From an uncultured Verrucomicrobiae bacterium (GTDB taxonomy: Bacteria > Verrucomicrobiota > Verrucomicrobiia > JADLBR01 > CALLMV01): DNA of 64,000 nt. The notes beneath the pieces were generated by a model. The model saw nothing but the letters and a program-made list of their open reading frames with translations, was not told the DNA's origin and did not search any database. Positions 8,382 to 18,851 of this stretch are shown piece by piece. Numbering within the stretch: position 1 is the first letter of the stretch; each line of letters starts with the position of its first letter. Location: NCBI GenBank assembly GCA_938005615.1, contig CALLMV010000026.1:143-64142 (forward strand), written 5' to 3'. Made by a program: the position numbers and the translations under genes.

Positions 8382-10223
8382 ATGCCAGCTACAAGCTCGA
8401 TGTCTGCGGACACAACAAAATCCGACATTCAAATTCCGACGCGTCAGGAAATCCCCATCGATTACACATGGGATTTGAAACCGCTTTTTGCAAACGATGA
8501 AGAGTGGGAGAGTTGTTTATCCGAATACGCCAGTAAGTTGCCTGAATTGAATTCCACTAAAGGGAAAGTTGGTCTTTCCCCAAGAGATTTGCGTGATGTT
8601 TTGGAGCTAGAGAAAACTCTTGCGATGAGTGCTGAAAAGCTAGGTCAGTATGCAGGTTTAAGGCTGGCAGAAGATTCTTCAAACGATGCGAATCTTTCAC
8701 GACAGGCACGTTTGGATTCTTTAATCACCCAGGCTGGCGAGTTATCCGCGCACATTCGCCCAGAGATCATGGCGATCGATGACTCAAAATGGGCCGCATT
8801 TCTAGAAGCTCCTGAACTTTGCGATTGGGTGGAGTATTTGAAAAAAATACGCCGATTTCGACCACATGTGTTGACGGCTTCCGAAGAGAGATTGGTCGCC
8901 TTAGCGGGAGAACCCCTTGGGGGCTTTGAGAGGGCGTTCTCTCAATTAATGAATGTGGACATGCGGTTTGGCAGTACTTTTGATGAGGAGGGCAAGGAGC
9001 AGCCACTAACGCAATCCACCCTTTCCTCATTTCTGCTCGCTCGTAAACCCGAGGTGAGGCGTAGGGCCTTCCACCAATTTTATCGGGAAGTCTCTGAACA
9101 TGGGCATACGCTGGCTTCGTTGTATGCGCACTCGGTGAAGACGGATGTGTTTAGTGCGCGCGCCAGAAATTACACTTCGTCTTTGAATTCGGCCCTTTTC
9201 CCAGATTCAGTACCGGTGGATGTATACGAGAATTTGATTGTTGAGGTGCGTGCCGGTCTCCCTGCTCTTCAGGACTACTACGAATTGCGTCGCCAGGTAC
9301 TGGGGCTTGAAAAGTTACACCATTACGACACCTATGTGCCGTTGGTCTCAGAGATCAAAAGGATCACTCCCTACGAAGAGGCTGTGAAACTGGTGGTTGA
9401 TGCTCTACGGCCACTTGGAGCTGAATACTGCCAGATTTTGGAACGGGGTTTGATAAACGATCGATGGGTGGATCGTTATGAAACCAAAGGCAAGCGTTCC
9501 GGGGCGTTTAGTTGGGGAAGCTACGGATCTCCACCCTACATCATGATGAATTATAAGGATGATGTTTTTGGAGATGTTTACACGCTTGCTCACGAGGCAG
9601 GGCATTCTATGCATACTTGGTACTCCCACCGCTCGCGAAATTGGCAGGATGCACACTACACGATTTTTGCGGCAGAGGTGGCTTCGACTTTTAACGAAGA
9701 GCTCTTGACACACCACTTGCTTGCTCAAACGGATGATCTTGCGATGAGGGCTTACATTTTGTGCCGTCAGATCGATGATATTCGCTCGACGCTGTTTCGG
9801 CAGACGATGTTCGCGGAATTTGAACGGACGACTCACGCGATGCAGGAGGCTGGAGAGGCTCTTACTTACGGGAGCATCCGCTCTGTGTATCGTAAGCTTC
9901 TGGATGTTTACTTGGCTCCAGCGGTATGTGTGGATGAGGAGCTGGAATTAGAATGCCTGCGAATACCGCATTTCTATTCTGCATTTTATGTATACAAGTA
10001 TGCGACAGGGATTAGTGCTGCGATTGCTTTGAGTGACCGAGTGCTCAGTGGTGGGGAGTCGGAACGTTTGCAGTACTTGGAGTTTTTGAAACTAGGTGGT
10101 CTGCGGTATCCGCTGGATGCACTTCGCGTAGCTGGGGTGGATATGTCTCGCCCTGAACCGGTGAGGGCAGCTATCGAGTTGTTTAGAAGAAGAGTTGATG
10201 AGTTGCGCGAGCTCTTGGGATGA
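8382..10223 (+). CDS. pepF: oligoendopeptidase F (M3B family metallopeptidase)
   Basis: About 610 aa with the zinc motif HEAGHSMH and the typical M3B C-terminal half. The ATG at 8382 is preferred over the GTG at 8352. Confidence 0.9.
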   Translation: MPATSSMSADTTKSDIQIPTRQEIPIDYTWDLKPLFANDEEWESCLSEYASKLPELNSTKGKVGLSPRDLRDVLELEKTLAMSAEKLGQYAGLRLAEDSSNDANLSRQARLDSLITQAGELSAHIRPEIMAIDDSKWAAFLEAPELCDWVEYLKKIRRFRPHVLTASEERLVALAGEPLGGFERAFSQLMNVDMRFGSTFDEEGKEQPLTQSTLSSFLLARKPEVRRRAFHQFYREVSEHGHTLASLYAHSVKTDVFSARARNYTSSLNSALFPDSVPVDVYENLIVEVRAGLPALQDYYELRRQVLGLEKLHHYDTYVPLVSEIKRITPYEEAVKLVVDALRPLGAEYCQILERGLINDRWVDRYETKGKRSGAFSWGSYGSPPYIMMNYKDDVFGDVYTLAHEAGHSMHTWYSHRSRNWQDAHYTIFAAEVASTFNEELLTHHLLAQTDDLAMRAYILCRQIDDIRSTLFRQTMFAEFERTTHAMQEAGEALTYGSIRSVYRKLLDVYLAPAVCVDEELELECLRIPHFYSAFYVYKYATGISAAIALSDRVLSGGESERLQYLEFLKLGGLRYPLDALRVAGVDMSRPEPVRAAIELFRRRVDELRELLG

Positions 10224-10236
10224 GTAATTCCACAAC

Positions 10237-10935
10237 TCAGTTGTTCTTGGTTGGCAGGAAGTGCCGAAATTGCAAGCTACCGCGTTTGAGGCTACCGGCA
10301 TTGCCTCCGAGATAAAGCACTGTGGTGCGATTTTGAGTGGGATAACCAGGCCAGCCAACAGTGCTTGTTGTGGGTATAGCATCATCTAGGGAGACGCTGG
10401 GTGTAACGCTCATGAGCTCTGATGGGTTTGATAGTATGGGATTGACTCTCATGTAATTGCTACTGTCTGGTACCCCAACACAGAGGAGAATAATTTCCGA
10501 AGCTCGCTGCACAGAAGAGACACGCACGCGCTGAGCAGGATCTTCATGACCAAGTCGGCCATGCATGGCGTAGCTGATGTTTACAGATTGTGAGGCGTTG
10601 GGTGTTGCAGTGATTTGAGGCATACACGGAGATATATAAATGCTATTCCTGACAGGTGATGCATTTGTGTTTAAATAGGGAGCTAGGAAGTGTGTGTAAT
10701 TTTGTTGAGTCGTAGAATCGTAAGCCGGTGGAAGGAGTCCGCTGTTTTCGTTTGCGTGAGCTGTCATGCCCACGCCGATCTGCTTAAGGTTGGCGACGCA
10801 CTTGGCGATTCTCCCACTTTCCAAAGCGTTGTTGAGAGAGGGTATCCCAATAGCGGCGAGTAAGCCTATGATGGCTACAACTACAAGCATCTCGATAAGC
10901 GTAAAAGCGGCATAAGCAGTGATTTTTTGTTGCAT
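10237..10935 (-). CDS. prepilin-type N-terminal cleavage/methylation domain protein (pseudopilin-like, DUF1559-type)
   Basis: From the ATG at 10935 the protein reads MQQKITAYAAFTLIEMLVVVAIIGLLAAIGIPS, the classic type IV pilin-like leader and hydrophobic helix. The C-terminal end resembles the family abundant in Verrucomicrobia and Planctomycetes. Confidence 0.8.
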   Translation of the reverse strand: MQQKITAYAAFTLIEMLVVVAIIGLLAAIGIPSLNNALESGRIAKCVANLKQIGVGMTAHANENSGLLPPAYDSTTQQNYTHFLAPYLNTNASPVRNSIYISPCMPQITATPNASQSVNISYAMHGRLGHEDPAQRVRVSSVQRASEIILLCVGVPDSSNYMRVNPILSNPSELMSVTPSVSLDDAIPTTSTVGWPGYPTQNRTTVLYLGGNAGSLKRGSLQFRHFLPTKNN

Positions 10936-11090
10936 GGGGTGAACTGGCCACGAGTTAAAAGATTGACAATCCAATTTGTTGTGAATTTTTTGTCACATTC
11001 TTTTGTGTTCATCTAATGTGGCGCTAAGTCCAGAAAAACATCAACAGGCGCAGACGCATGATGTGAAAAGATCGAAAGCTTTTGCGTTTT

Positions 11091-11870
11091 TTACACGTGA
11101 ATCTGTTTTTTTTGTAAATCCAACCCGTAGAGATCGGCATTTGCTGTTAAGTCTTTCATGACTGTGTATAAGAAAACCGGTTCGGGATAATGCTGACGGT
11201 ACTTTGTGATCTCAGATTTGTTCAGGATCGTCCAACCGTAACGGGCAAACATCCTTGGACCGCGTTTGCCATCAAAAACAACCATTTGACCGAAGACGGA
11301 TTTTTCACCAGCGGCAACGAGATAATTGAGAAATGACTGTATGAGGCGGTAGGTATCGGGCACTGAGCGGGCCTGCGGTAGCAGGTTGATATGAAAGTGC
11401 GGCACGTGTTTTGGCGCGCGGGGGGTCTCACGCCAGCCGCGTGTGATGAGCCACATGAGATAACTTCGGGTGGCCGAGTTGTATCGTCCGCTTAGTAGAC
11501 GATGAGCCGCGCGTAAAGCAATTTTGGGAAGAAGTTGGCGTTCAAATTTCTCACGTCTGGCGTGATTTCGTGATCCAAGCAGGTAGCCACCAACTGCTCC
11601 GTTGACTTCAATAATGAAAGAGGATTCCGGTTCGGCGTCCGTGTAATAGCTTGTGAGGAAATCTGCAAAAAGTTCGCGGTCTTGAAAAATTGGATCAATT
11701 GGTTGGCCCAAAAATCCCGTGTCGCAGCAAATTCGACGTACGGCCTCGCGGTCGCACGGGTGGTAAGGACGAATGTTACGCCTGAGCTGCGAGCCTGTAC
11801 TGTGGCATTGGGGTAATTCCTGCTCAGATGCATACACCACATCGGCAGGTTTGTGCTCAGGTGGTTTCAT
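11091..11870 (-). CDS. hypothetical protein, possibly GNAT-type acetyltransferase
   Basis: 259 aa. IRPYHPCDREAVRRICCDTGFLG and the later FHINLLPQARS / FARYGWT segments resemble GNAT-fold proteins found with glycosyltransferases. There is a 4-nt overlap with the upstream glycosyltransferase gene. Family assignment is tentative. Confidence 0.45.
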   Translation of the reverse strand: MKPPEHKPADVVYASEQELPQCHSTGSQLRRNIRPYHPCDREAVRRICCDTGFLGQPIDPIFQDRELFADFLTSYYTDAEPESSFIIEVNGAVGGYLLGSRNHARREKFERQLLPKIALRAAHRLLSGRYNSATRSYLMWLITRGWRETPRAPKHVPHFHINLLPQARSVPDTYRLIQSFLNYLVAAGEKSVFGQMVVFDGKRGPRMFARYGWTILNKSEITKYRQHYPEPVFLYTVMKDLTANADLYGLDLQKKQIHV

Positions 11871-13027
11871 GGTTTCACTTCTGAATAGAATTTAAATAAC
11901 CTAGGAAAGACAACATCCCAGGAAAACTGCGCGGCGGCGACCGCAGCAAGTTCGCTTCGCGAAATTTTGTGACGGTGTTCGTTCATGCGCTGTATGGCCT
12001 GACAGAGAGCTTCTGGAGTGTTCGCCTCGGCCCAGAGATCAAGTCCGCTTAAAATGATGGGATCCATAAAACTGCCTCGAATACCGCAAACAGGAAGACC
12101 GCATGTTTGAGCTTCCACAGAAACCAAACCAAAGGTCTCGCAAACACCCGGATGCACAAGCAGATCGGCGGCGCGATAGTGGGCGGCAAGCTCGTACGAA
12201 TCAGTGATGAATCTCCGCCAGCTCATACTCTTTCCATGACGTCTCATACTGGCTCGCAGTAAAGAACGTAACGGACCATCACCTACAAGGTGAAGATGAT
12301 ATTTTTGTGGAGAAATTTTTTGGAGAAGATCAAATGCACGCAGAAGGGTGACAATATTTTTTTCGCCAGAGAGCCTGCCCACATACAGGAGTAAACACAC
12401 GTTGTCTGGAGCAAGAGACTCACGTAGGGCGGAGTCTGCTACCGCGTAGTTGAAGGTGCTGGTATCCACCCCGAGCATGAGGTGATGTACACGGGGCACT
12501 CCCCAAGAAGCCAGTACTTCGCAGAGGTGCGGCGAAGGCACGAGTGTCATGTCAAACTGGCTGTAAAGTCGCTGGATGTAGTGGCGTGCATAATCCAGAA
12601 TGAAACCATGCGCCCAGGCTCCGATGTACTTGTTAGCCGTGCGCAAGTATGCGTCGGGAAAATGTGAGTGATAAAAGCCGATGCATCCGGATCGTAAGTC
12701 TCGAGCCTCTTCCAGGACTGCCCACGTTGCGTGATAAGGATCACCGCACTCGATGACTTGTGGACGATAACTTCGAAGTGCGCTGCGCAAAGCTGGGATG
12801 TTGATCAGTACGCGATAACGCGATGTTGGGTCAATGCGGGGAGCTTGTAGAGTTATGCATTCCGTGTGCTGGCCTTCGCGAGTGTGAGCGTTGATCTCAC
12901 CAGGTACGATGAGAAGATGTCTCCAGCGTCCGCCCTGTCGCTCGATCCAGCGTCGTTTTTCCATGAGGTAACGCCTGACCCCTCCACTCACGGGGGAATA
13001 AAATTGCGTGAAGTCACAAATAAGCAT
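11867..13027 (-). CDS. glycosyltransferase family 4 (GT-B fold)
   Basis: C-terminal half shows the GT4 pattern (LLYVGRLSGEKNI..., LVHPGVCETFGLVSVEAQTCGLPV). Confidence 0.8.
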   Translation of the reverse strand: MLICDFTQFYSPVSGGVRRYLMEKRRWIERQGGRWRHLLIVPGEINAHTREGQHTECITLQAPRIDPTSRYRVLINIPALRSALRSYRPQVIECGDPYHATWAVLEEARDLRSGCIGFYHSHFPDAYLRTANKYIGAWAHGFILDYARHYIQRLYSQFDMTLVPSPHLCEVLASWGVPRVHHLMLGVDTSTFNYAVADSALRESLAPDNVCLLLYVGRLSGEKNIVTLLRAFDLLQKISPQKYHLHLVGDGPLRSLLRASMRRHGKSMSWRRFITDSYELAAHYRAADLLVHPGVCETFGLVSVEAQTCGLPVCGIRGSFMDPIILSGLDLWAEANTPEALCQAIQRMNEHRHKISRSELAAVAAAQFSWDVVFPRLFKFYSEVKP

Positions 13028-13174
13028 CAGATAAGAAGAATTTTTATGTTAACGAAATAAAGTCTACATGAAGCTATGGAGGGAAGGCAGATGATTTGCG
13101 AACAATCACCAGCTATTTTTCGATGCAAATGGTGGGAGGTAAATTTTCCCGGTTTCTTCAAGCGCGTTCGACGA

Positions 13175-13693
13175 TTATTTTTGAGTATTTTCGCGTTGTG
13201 ACTTCATGGCTTGTTCGAGTGCCTTGCGGTAGGCTTCAAATTGTTTGCGTGCTTCTTCGAGAATTTTGCGAACTTCTATGTCCTCCTTTGCACGAGCGAC
13301 AGCTTCGCGGCGAGCTGCATTGCGTTTTTCTTCCGCTACGGGTCCATCTTTTGTGCTGATGGCGTTACGGAAAGCTTCGTCCTTTTCAATGATTTCTGAG
13401 ATCTTTGATGCGGCTTTATCAAAGGCCTCCCTGGCTGCTCTGAGGGGTCGTTGAACGCTCTGGCGTTGGTGGGCAAGCAGGCGAAGAGTCGCTTCGGGTG
13501 AATCTTCGTTTTCCTGCCTCAGAGTTACCAAGTTCTCCTCGGTGGACTGATTTTGCTCAGCGTTCTTGGTTTGCGGTTCTACAGCTTCTTGAGGCGGGAA
13601 AGGCGCAGTAGTTGGCTCCTGGGCGATGCTTAAGCTGGTGCAAAGCATGAGAGTGTTCAGGAGGTGTAGTAATCTTAATTGCTTGGTATTCAT
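13175..13693 (-). CDS. hypothetical secreted coiled-coil protein
   Basis: Signal-peptide-like N-terminus (MNTKQLRLLHLLNTLMLCTSLSIAQE), then a charged helical region rich in E/K/R/A. I recognise no family. Confidence 0.5.
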   Translation of the reverse strand: MNTKQLRLLHLLNTLMLCTSLSIAQEPTTAPFPPQEAVEPQTKNAEQNQSTEENLVTLRQENEDSPEATLRLLAHQRQSVQRPLRAAREAFDKAASKISEIIEKDEAFRNAISTKDGPVAEEKRNAARREAVARAKEDIEVRKILEEARKQFEAYRKALEQAMKSQRENTQK

Positions 13694-13747
13694 AGCCTAG
13701 AACTATTAAGGCTCGCTGTACAAAGTGTCATGCGGAAAAATCATCCA

Positions 13748-15145
13748 ATGGCAAAAGTCACTTTTCTGGGCGCAGCAGGCACAACGACAGGTTCGCGCCA
13801 TCTGGTAGAAATTCTCGGTAAAAAAATTCTGCTGGATTGCGGTCTATTTCAGGGGCGGCGCAGCGAAAGCTACGAGCGGAATTTACACTTCGGCGTCAAT
13901 CCGCGCGATGTAGAGGCTGTAATTTTATCTCATGCCCACATCGACCACTCAGGAGCGCTTCCTTCCTTTTGCAAACAGGGCTTTGAGGGCAATGTGTACG
14001 TAACCCCCGCGACGAGGGATTTGTGCCAACTCATGCTTGTGGATTCGGCGCATGTGCAGGCCGCGGAGATTGAGTTCTTGAACAAACGACGTAAACGCGA
14101 TGGGTTGCCGCCTGCGGAGATTCTTTACACTGCACAGGAGGCGGAACAAAGCGTGAGGCAGATGGTGGCCATTGCATACAATAGGCCAATTTCCGTTGCA
14201 GATGGCGTTAAGGCGACATTTTATCCAGCAGGACACATTTTAGGAGCAGCGCAGATCGCTTTGGATTGGTTGGAGCTTGGACGCAGAAGAAGGCTTTTAT
14301 TTTCTGGTGATGTGGGTCGTCCTAATGATCCGTTATTGCCCCCACCAGAGGCGGTAAACGATGTGGATGTTATGCTGATGGAGTCAACTTACGGTGGACG
14401 TGAACATCCTGTCGGCGAGGACGCCACGCGGTCAATTTGTCGGATCGTGAATGAAACCGTAGAGCAAGGCGGCAGAATAATCATCCCGGCGTTTGCCGTG
14501 GAACGCACGCAACAAATCATTTACAGATTGCATGAAAACATAGAATCCGGGTGCATTCCGCAGCTTCCCATCTATGTGGATAGCCCATTGGCGACAGATG
14601 CAACGGGGGTTTTTCGATTGCATCCCGACGCCTTTCGTGAGGAGATCTATGAAAAACTTTTCAGCAGGGAAAATCCTTTTGGGTTCGATCAGTTGCACTT
14701 TACCCGACAAAAGTCACAATCCATCGAGTTGAATACAAAAACCGGACCGATGATTATTATTTCGGCATCGGGCATGTGTGAAGGTGGACGAGTGTTGCAT
14801 CACTTGCGAAATCATATTGGGGATCCTCGGACAACAATTTTATTCGTTGGATTCCAGGCTGAACACACCTTGGGGGCCAAGCTGGTGGCAGGTGCAAACA
14901 AGGTGAGTATTCTCGGTGAGGAATTTGTAGTGCGCGCAAAGATTGAACAGTTGGGATTCTTCAGCGGCCACGCAGATAGAGGTGAACTGCTGGAGTATTT
15001 CGCAAAAACTGGAGGCCCTCGCAAAAGAGTGTTTCTTGTGCATGGGGAACCAGATCAATCCCGCCAGCTTAAGGAGGAACTTGAACGGCGTTATCCCGGC
15101 AAACATTTCGTCATCGCAGAGCAGGGGATGAGTGTGGATGTTTGA
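13748..15145 (+). CDS. MBL-fold metallo-hydrolase with beta-CASP / RNA-specificity domain (RNase J / CPSF-like)
   Basis: VTFLGAAGTTTGSRH, HAHIDHSGALP (the HxHxDH motif), beta-CASP region, and C-terminal GFFSGHADRGELLEY...VFLVHGEP. The ATG at 13748 is preferred. Confidence 0.85.
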   Translation: MAKVTFLGAAGTTTGSRHLVEILGKKILLDCGLFQGRRSESYERNLHFGVNPRDVEAVILSHAHIDHSGALPSFCKQGFEGNVYVTPATRDLCQLMLVDSAHVQAAEIEFLNKRRKRDGLPPAEILYTAQEAEQSVRQMVAIAYNRPISVADGVKATFYPAGHILGAAQIALDWLELGRRRRLLFSGDVGRPNDPLLPPPEAVNDVDVMLMESTYGGREHPVGEDATRSICRIVNETVEQGGRIIIPAFAVERTQQIIYRLHENIESGCIPQLPIYVDSPLATDATGVFRLHPDAFREEIYEKLFSRENPFGFDQLHFTRQKSQSIELNTKTGPMIIISASGMCEGGRVLHHLRNHIGDPRTTILFVGFQAEHTLGAKLVAGANKVSILGEEFVVRAKIEQLGFFSGHADRGELLEYFAKTGGPRKRVFLVHGEPDQSRQLKEELERRYPGKHFVIAEQGMSVDV

Positions 15146-15184
15146 ATCACGAACGGGATCCGACTAAGGATGCATTTCTATCGT

Positions 15185-16645
15185 TCACAGATTAATATCT
15201 AGCCGTGTGTCTCCACGAAGAGTACTGGCCAGCCACTCCGAAAGTACCTGATCACGAGCCTGGCGATAAAGCTTCTCGCGGATGCTTGCCCTTACACTTT
15301 CAGGCTCTTCTGCGGGCTTGCGGTCCTTCAGATAGATCAGCTTGACTTTATCATCGAAAGGTTGGGGTTGACTCACTTCGCCCAGCGACAGAAAGGAAAC
15401 ACTGTTTGCAAAACGAATTTGCGTAATGTCGGCGCTGTCCATGGCTTCGCTGACAACCAAGCGTGGAAGATCATTGACTTGCAGCCCTTGTGCCTCTGCT
15501 GCCTCACGAAAGCTTTTGCCTTCGGACATTGTGGCGACAATTTTTTCGCGCAACTCCCTGGCTTTGATGAAGGTTCGTGACAGTGACTGCTGACGCAGGT
15601 GTTCAACTTTGAGTTGTTCTCGGGATTGTTCGTAGGTTAGTTGTTCACGACCGCCAGTTTCTTTAAGTCGCGCAATGAAGAACGCGGTTTTGCCTTCGAT
15701 CGCATTGCTGTCGGGTGATTCTTTGGTAAGGTTAAATCCAGCTTGAGCAATGGCTGCTAAATCTTCATCGGAGTCTTGGTCATTGAGTTTGAGTGGACCT
15801 AAATGCTCGACGACGAGATTGGCGTTTTGTGCAACAGTTGCAAAATCCGGCACAGGTTTGCCCGCATCATCAAGCAGCGTGATAGAAAAGTTGACCGCCT
15901 TGTCTCGAGCATCGAGTCGGCTAAGCGGATCCTCCGGATCGAAGGTAAACCTTACCACTTCGAATATCCTGGTTTCTGGGGACAGGAGTTGCTCTTTGCG
16001 CGACTCGTAGATCGGGCGAAGTATATCATCTAGGCCCTCGGGCTCCTGTTCCACCACATCCAAAGGAATTTCGACGAGCTCAAGTGAGCAAATACCATAG
16101 TTTCTAGAGAGCTGCTCCTCGACGGTTTTTTCGTCGATAAAAATTCCAGTGGTCAAGACCTCGATTGCCCGTTGTATGCGAAGGTCATTGCGCATCATTT
16201 GCTCAAAATCCCGATAGCTAATACCCAGAGAGGGCAGAAGTCCCTGGCGAAAATTGTTAAAAATGACTGGATTGAAGTTCCCTTCAGTCAAGAAGGGGGG
16301 AAACTGAAGGATGGATTTTTCCAGTTCTTCAGATGAAACGTTGATCCGGAGCCTGTCCGCTTCGTTCAGAAGCAACAGCCTATGCCACGCCCTGTCGCGT
16401 ACTGTTCTTTCCGCTTCAGCTCCTTGGGCAACGCGACCCTCGCTTAGGAAGTATCCCAGCTCTGCCTCTCGAAGGGAGGTCAAGAAGGTTTTTTGGTCGA
16501 GTGGTCTTCCCTCGATTCTTCCGACTATCACACCAGTCACTGGAGCTGTGGGAGTGAAGTCGCCCCAGAATGCAAATGAAACAACAACAACTAATACTAT
16601 TATCCAGAGTACCGGTTTAGAAGCATGTCTTATCCATTCGATCAT
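15185..16645 (-). CDS. PpiD/SurA-like periplasmic chaperone with N-terminal membrane anchor and degenerate parvulin-like domain
   Basis: N-terminal TM helix (VLWIIVLVVVVSFAFWG) and a SurA-N-like helical region. A C-terminal segment (KSFREAAEAQGL...LGEVSQPQPFDDKVKLIYLKDRK) resembles a parvulin fold without clear catalytic residues. Confidence 0.65.
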   Translation of the reverse strand: MIEWIRHASKPVLWIIVLVVVVSFAFWGDFTPTAPVTGVIVGRIEGRPLDQKTFLTSLREAELGYFLSEGRVAQGAEAERTVRDRAWHRLLLLNEADRLRINVSSEELEKSILQFPPFLTEGNFNPVIFNNFRQGLLPSLGISYRDFEQMMRNDLRIQRAIEVLTTGIFIDEKTVEEQLSRNYGICSLELVEIPLDVVEQEPEGLDDILRPIYESRKEQLLSPETRIFEVVRFTFDPEDPLSRLDARDKAVNFSITLLDDAGKPVPDFATVAQNANLVVEHLGPLKLNDQDSDEDLAAIAQAGFNLTKESPDSNAIEGKTAFFIARLKETGGREQLTYEQSREQLKVEHLRQQSLSRTFIKARELREKIVATMSEGKSFREAAEAQGLQVNDLPRLVVSEAMDSADITQIRFANSVSFLSLGEVSQPQPFDDKVKLIYLKDRKPAEEPESVRASIREKLYRQARDQVLSEWLASTLRGDTRLDINL

Positions 16646-16730
16646 AAGTTATCTTTCTAATCCGTAGTTAATAAGCTTTTGGTGAGATAAGACTGTTGAC
16701 ATGGCAGAGGTTGTTTCGCAGTATTTGAGT

Positions 16731-17489
16731 ATGCAATTTTTACGACGCATCATAAGCCTTTTGTGTTCGCTTCTGTTAGCCACACAATGGTTGCTGTCGC
16801 AAGATAAAATCATCAGCCGTCGTGGAGCCGAAGAACGCATCACCACAGGTCAAATCTTGGGCACCACAGCGGATGGCGCCCCGAGAATTCGCCTGGCGGA
16901 TGGTAACATTACAGTCGTCCAGATCAGTGAAGTCGTTTCCATTGAGAAGGAAGAATCTCCTGAAATCCGCACCGCACGCGAAGCTTTCGCTAAAGGAAAC
17001 TACGAAGAAGCAATTATTGCTGCACAAAAAATCGCGGATCAATTTCCAGGTTTGCCTGTGGCTTGGGTTGTTGAAGCGTTTGGCATCGTTGCAGATTCAC
17101 ACCTTGCTCTCAAACAAATAGACCGCGCTTCAGAGTGGTACCAAAAGATTCGATCAGCTTACTCTGCAACCCAGTTTGCAGTCAAAGCAGACATCGGCAG
17201 TGCCAAGATTGCAAAACTTAACGGCAAGATGGAAGATGCGGAAAAAGCTTTGTCCGAGATCATCCAGCGTGCCAGATCTACCCTCAGACCGACCCCGACC
17301 GAGAGCCAGGTTTTTGCCGATGCCTTTTTTCTGCACGGAGAGATTCTCGAACAAAAAGAACAATTCAATGAAGCATTAGCTAGTTTTTTAAGCATCCCTG
17401 CGCTTTATCCTGAAAACCCGACTCTTGTTAACCGCGCCCTTCAACGGGCAGAAATCCTTTCCACCCGGCATAAAGCCGTGGTGAATTAA
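16731..17489 (+). CDS. secreted TPR-repeat protein
   Basis: Signal peptide MQFLRRIISLLCSLLLATQWLLSQ (ATG at 16731; the track start is 16701). Followed by TPR-like helical repeats (AREAFAKGNYEEAI..., ASEWYQKI..., FLHGEILEQKEQFNEAL). Confidence 0.7.
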   Translation: MQFLRRIISLLCSLLLATQWLLSQDKIISRRGAEERITTGQILGTTADGAPRIRLADGNITVVQISEVVSIEKEESPEIRTAREAFAKGNYEEAIIAAQKIADQFPGLPVAWVVEAFGIVADSHLALKQIDRASEWYQKIRSAYSATQFAVKADIGSAKIAKLNGKMEDAEKALSEIIQRARSTLRPTPTESQVFADAFFLHGEILEQKEQFNEALASFLSIPALYPENPTLVNRALQRAEILSTRHKAVVN

Positions 17490-17507
17490 CCCAAAAAACT
17501 ACGAAAG

Positions 17508-18317
17508 ATGAAAAACAAAACACTCATAACACTTGTTCTAATCACTGTCACAACACTCTTCGCCTCGCAAGGGCTACTGGCACAAGACCCGGCCAAGGAG
17601 ACGACCTTTGCAGACATCTTCATGAAGGGATGGCAAACATTTACTGCACTAACAATTGCCTCCATTTTGATGGTTTACTTCATCATAGATGGATTCCTTA
17701 AACTGAAGGTATCTAAAATGGCGCCGCCAGCCTTTGTAGCTAAAGCCAAGGAGCTTGTACGCCTAGGAAGCTACCAAGATCTCTGGGAGTACTGCCGCAC
17801 TAACGTCTGCTTCATCTCACACATCCTTCAAGCAGGGCTCGAGAGAATAGGTCGAGGTCGCGATGCCACTGAGGCAATGATGGCAGAAGTAGCCACAAAA
17901 GAAGCTGCAAAAGTCAAAGAAAATATGACATACCTTTCAGTTATCGGAGTCATCGCACCAATGATCGGACTGACGGGCACAGTCGTCGGAATGATTGATG
18001 CATTCAAATCTCTTGGTACCGATGGAGATCCTACCGGACTCTCCGCGGCTATATCTAAGGTGCTTTATGCCACGGCAGGCGGCCTGATTGTTGCAGTTCC
18101 TGCATTCGTCTTCTATTATTACTTCCGCAACCGCGCACAAAGTTGTATCCTCGAAGCTCAAAACATCATCAACCGCATTGTTGACGAGATCCCCTTTGAA
18201 GAACTTTCCGGACTACGCGTAGGGGAACTGGCTGCGGATAGCGCAACACCTGTTTCCCAAGATACACCAGCAGCCCCGCCTGCCTCAGAAAATCCTTGGG
18301 GTGCAGCCACAGCCTAA
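17508..18317 (+). CDS. exbB: MotA/TolQ/ExbB proton-channel family protein
   Basis: Signal-like N-terminus, then three TM helices with the family core (LSVIGVIAPMIGLTGTVVGMIDAF...ISKVLYATAGGLIVAVPAFVFYYYF). Confidence 0.9.
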   Translation: MKNKTLITLVLITVTTLFASQGLLAQDPAKETTFADIFMKGWQTFTALTIASILMVYFIIDGFLKLKVSKMAPPAFVAKAKELVRLGSYQDLWEYCRTNVCFISHILQAGLERIGRGRDATEAMMAEVATKEAAKVKENMTYLSVIGVIAPMIGLTGTVVGMIDAFKSLGTDGDPTGLSAAISKVLYATAGGLIVAVPAFVFYYYFRNRAQSCILEAQNIINRIVDEIPFEELSGLRVGELAADSATPVSQDTPAAPPASENPWGAATA

Positions 18318-18358
18318 ATTTTTTAAACAATCTCCAGTCACGCACAGACCAAATCAGC

Positions 18359-18850
18359 ATGGGGCACAGCGTCAAACAGCTCAAAAAAGAAGTCCTCAAG
18401 AAATCCACTGAGGAATCAGAGGAGCCGGAATTCCAGATAGCACCTATGATTGACGTGCTGCTCGTGCTCCTGATGTTTTTCATGGCAAACATCACTCTGG
18501 AAAGCCGTGCAAAAATCAAACTCGAGTTGGCAGACGCAACCAATCCCAACGCCACGAAAAAGGACGTTAACCTTGGAGAGGCGATCATAAACATCAAGCT
18601 CGACGAAAATACCAGAATGGTGCAGCTTTTTATCGGCGAATTTCCCACAGAACTCAACAGCCTACCCTCAATACTCGAAGGTCGGCGCAATGATCACCTT
18701 TCCCTCAACCCCAATGGTACCTTCCGAGTCATCATCCGTGCAGATAAAAACGTCGAATACCGCGAGGTAAACGCTGTCATGCGCCAATGTGCACTCGCAA
18801 ACATTCCCAACGTCGTGTTCTCCGTCGTAGAACCTAAAGGAGGCGCATAA
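18359..18850 (+). CDS. exbD: ExbD/TolR family protein
   Basis: PEFQIAPMIDVLLVLLMFFM (the conserved Asp-containing TM helix) plus a periplasmic domain (VIIRADKNVEYREVNAVM). ATG at 18359. Confidence 0.85.
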   Translation: MGHSVKQLKKEVLKKSTEESEEPEFQIAPMIDVLLVLLMFFMANITLESRAKIKLELADATNPNATKKDVNLGEAIINIKLDENTRMVQLFIGEFPTELNSLPSILEGRRNDHLSLNPNGTFRVIIRADKNVEYREVNAVMRQCALANIPNVVFSVVEPKGGA

Positions 18851-18851
18851 T